Origin: a virus
IMG/VR virus record: IMGVR_UViG_3300021185_003284
Location: 32,001-96,000 of that record
Reading direction: 5' to 3' (one strand)
DNA: 64,000 bases
The position numbers and the translations under genes are program-made. Position 1 is the stretch's first letter, and the number at the start of each line of letters is the position of its first letter. The notes beneath the pieces were generated by a model, which was given only the letters and a program-made list of their open reading frames with translations, was not told the origin of the DNA and did no database searches. Below are positions 63,977-64,000 of the stretch, piece after piece.

Positions 63977-64000
63977 ATTATGATTAGACTAAAAGAAATT

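Noticed and set aside
1-64000. Alternative genetic code (stop-codon reassignment)
   Set aside because: Long genes are intact and tightly packed under the standard code, with TAA, TAG and TGA all used as stops

Overview
A 64-kb, AT-rich, gene-dense segment of a large tailed (myovirus-type) phage genome, most likely infecting Bacteroidota/Flavobacteria. The host call rests on a recurrent TTG-N20-TATnTT promoter resembling the Bacteroidota sigma-A consensus and on AT-rich leaders without Shine-Dalgarno sites. Left to right: an outer-membrane/lipoprotein module (cohesin-like, TSP3, CsgG-like, low-complexity beta-barrel); a lysis-like module; a PD-(D/E)XK nuclease; a ~12-kb glycosylation/sulfation cluster; small early genes behind repeated promoter cassettes; a modification cluster built around a 744-aa protein; a structured-RNA candidate plus initiator tRNA-Met; a short minus-strand island with two SGNH-like paralogues; an HD hydrolase and a gp55-like sigma factor; baseplate and tail-fibre genes. 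The best candidate for an undescribed system is at 27.1-32.3 kb. The 744-aa protein has a circularly permuted ATP-grasp-like domain followed by three tandem Hint domains. Hint1 keeps only C-terminal cleavage residues, Hint2 keeps both ends, and Hint3 keeps only N-terminal thioester residues, like a natural two-intein (TWIN) device. The Hints bracket the mini-peptides 'AP' and 'RFIFS'. The gene is followed by an unannotated 45-aa ORF and tailoring enzymes that share a C-terminal basic-x-x-(L/I)(L/I) tag. All family calls are from motif reading by eye, not database searches.
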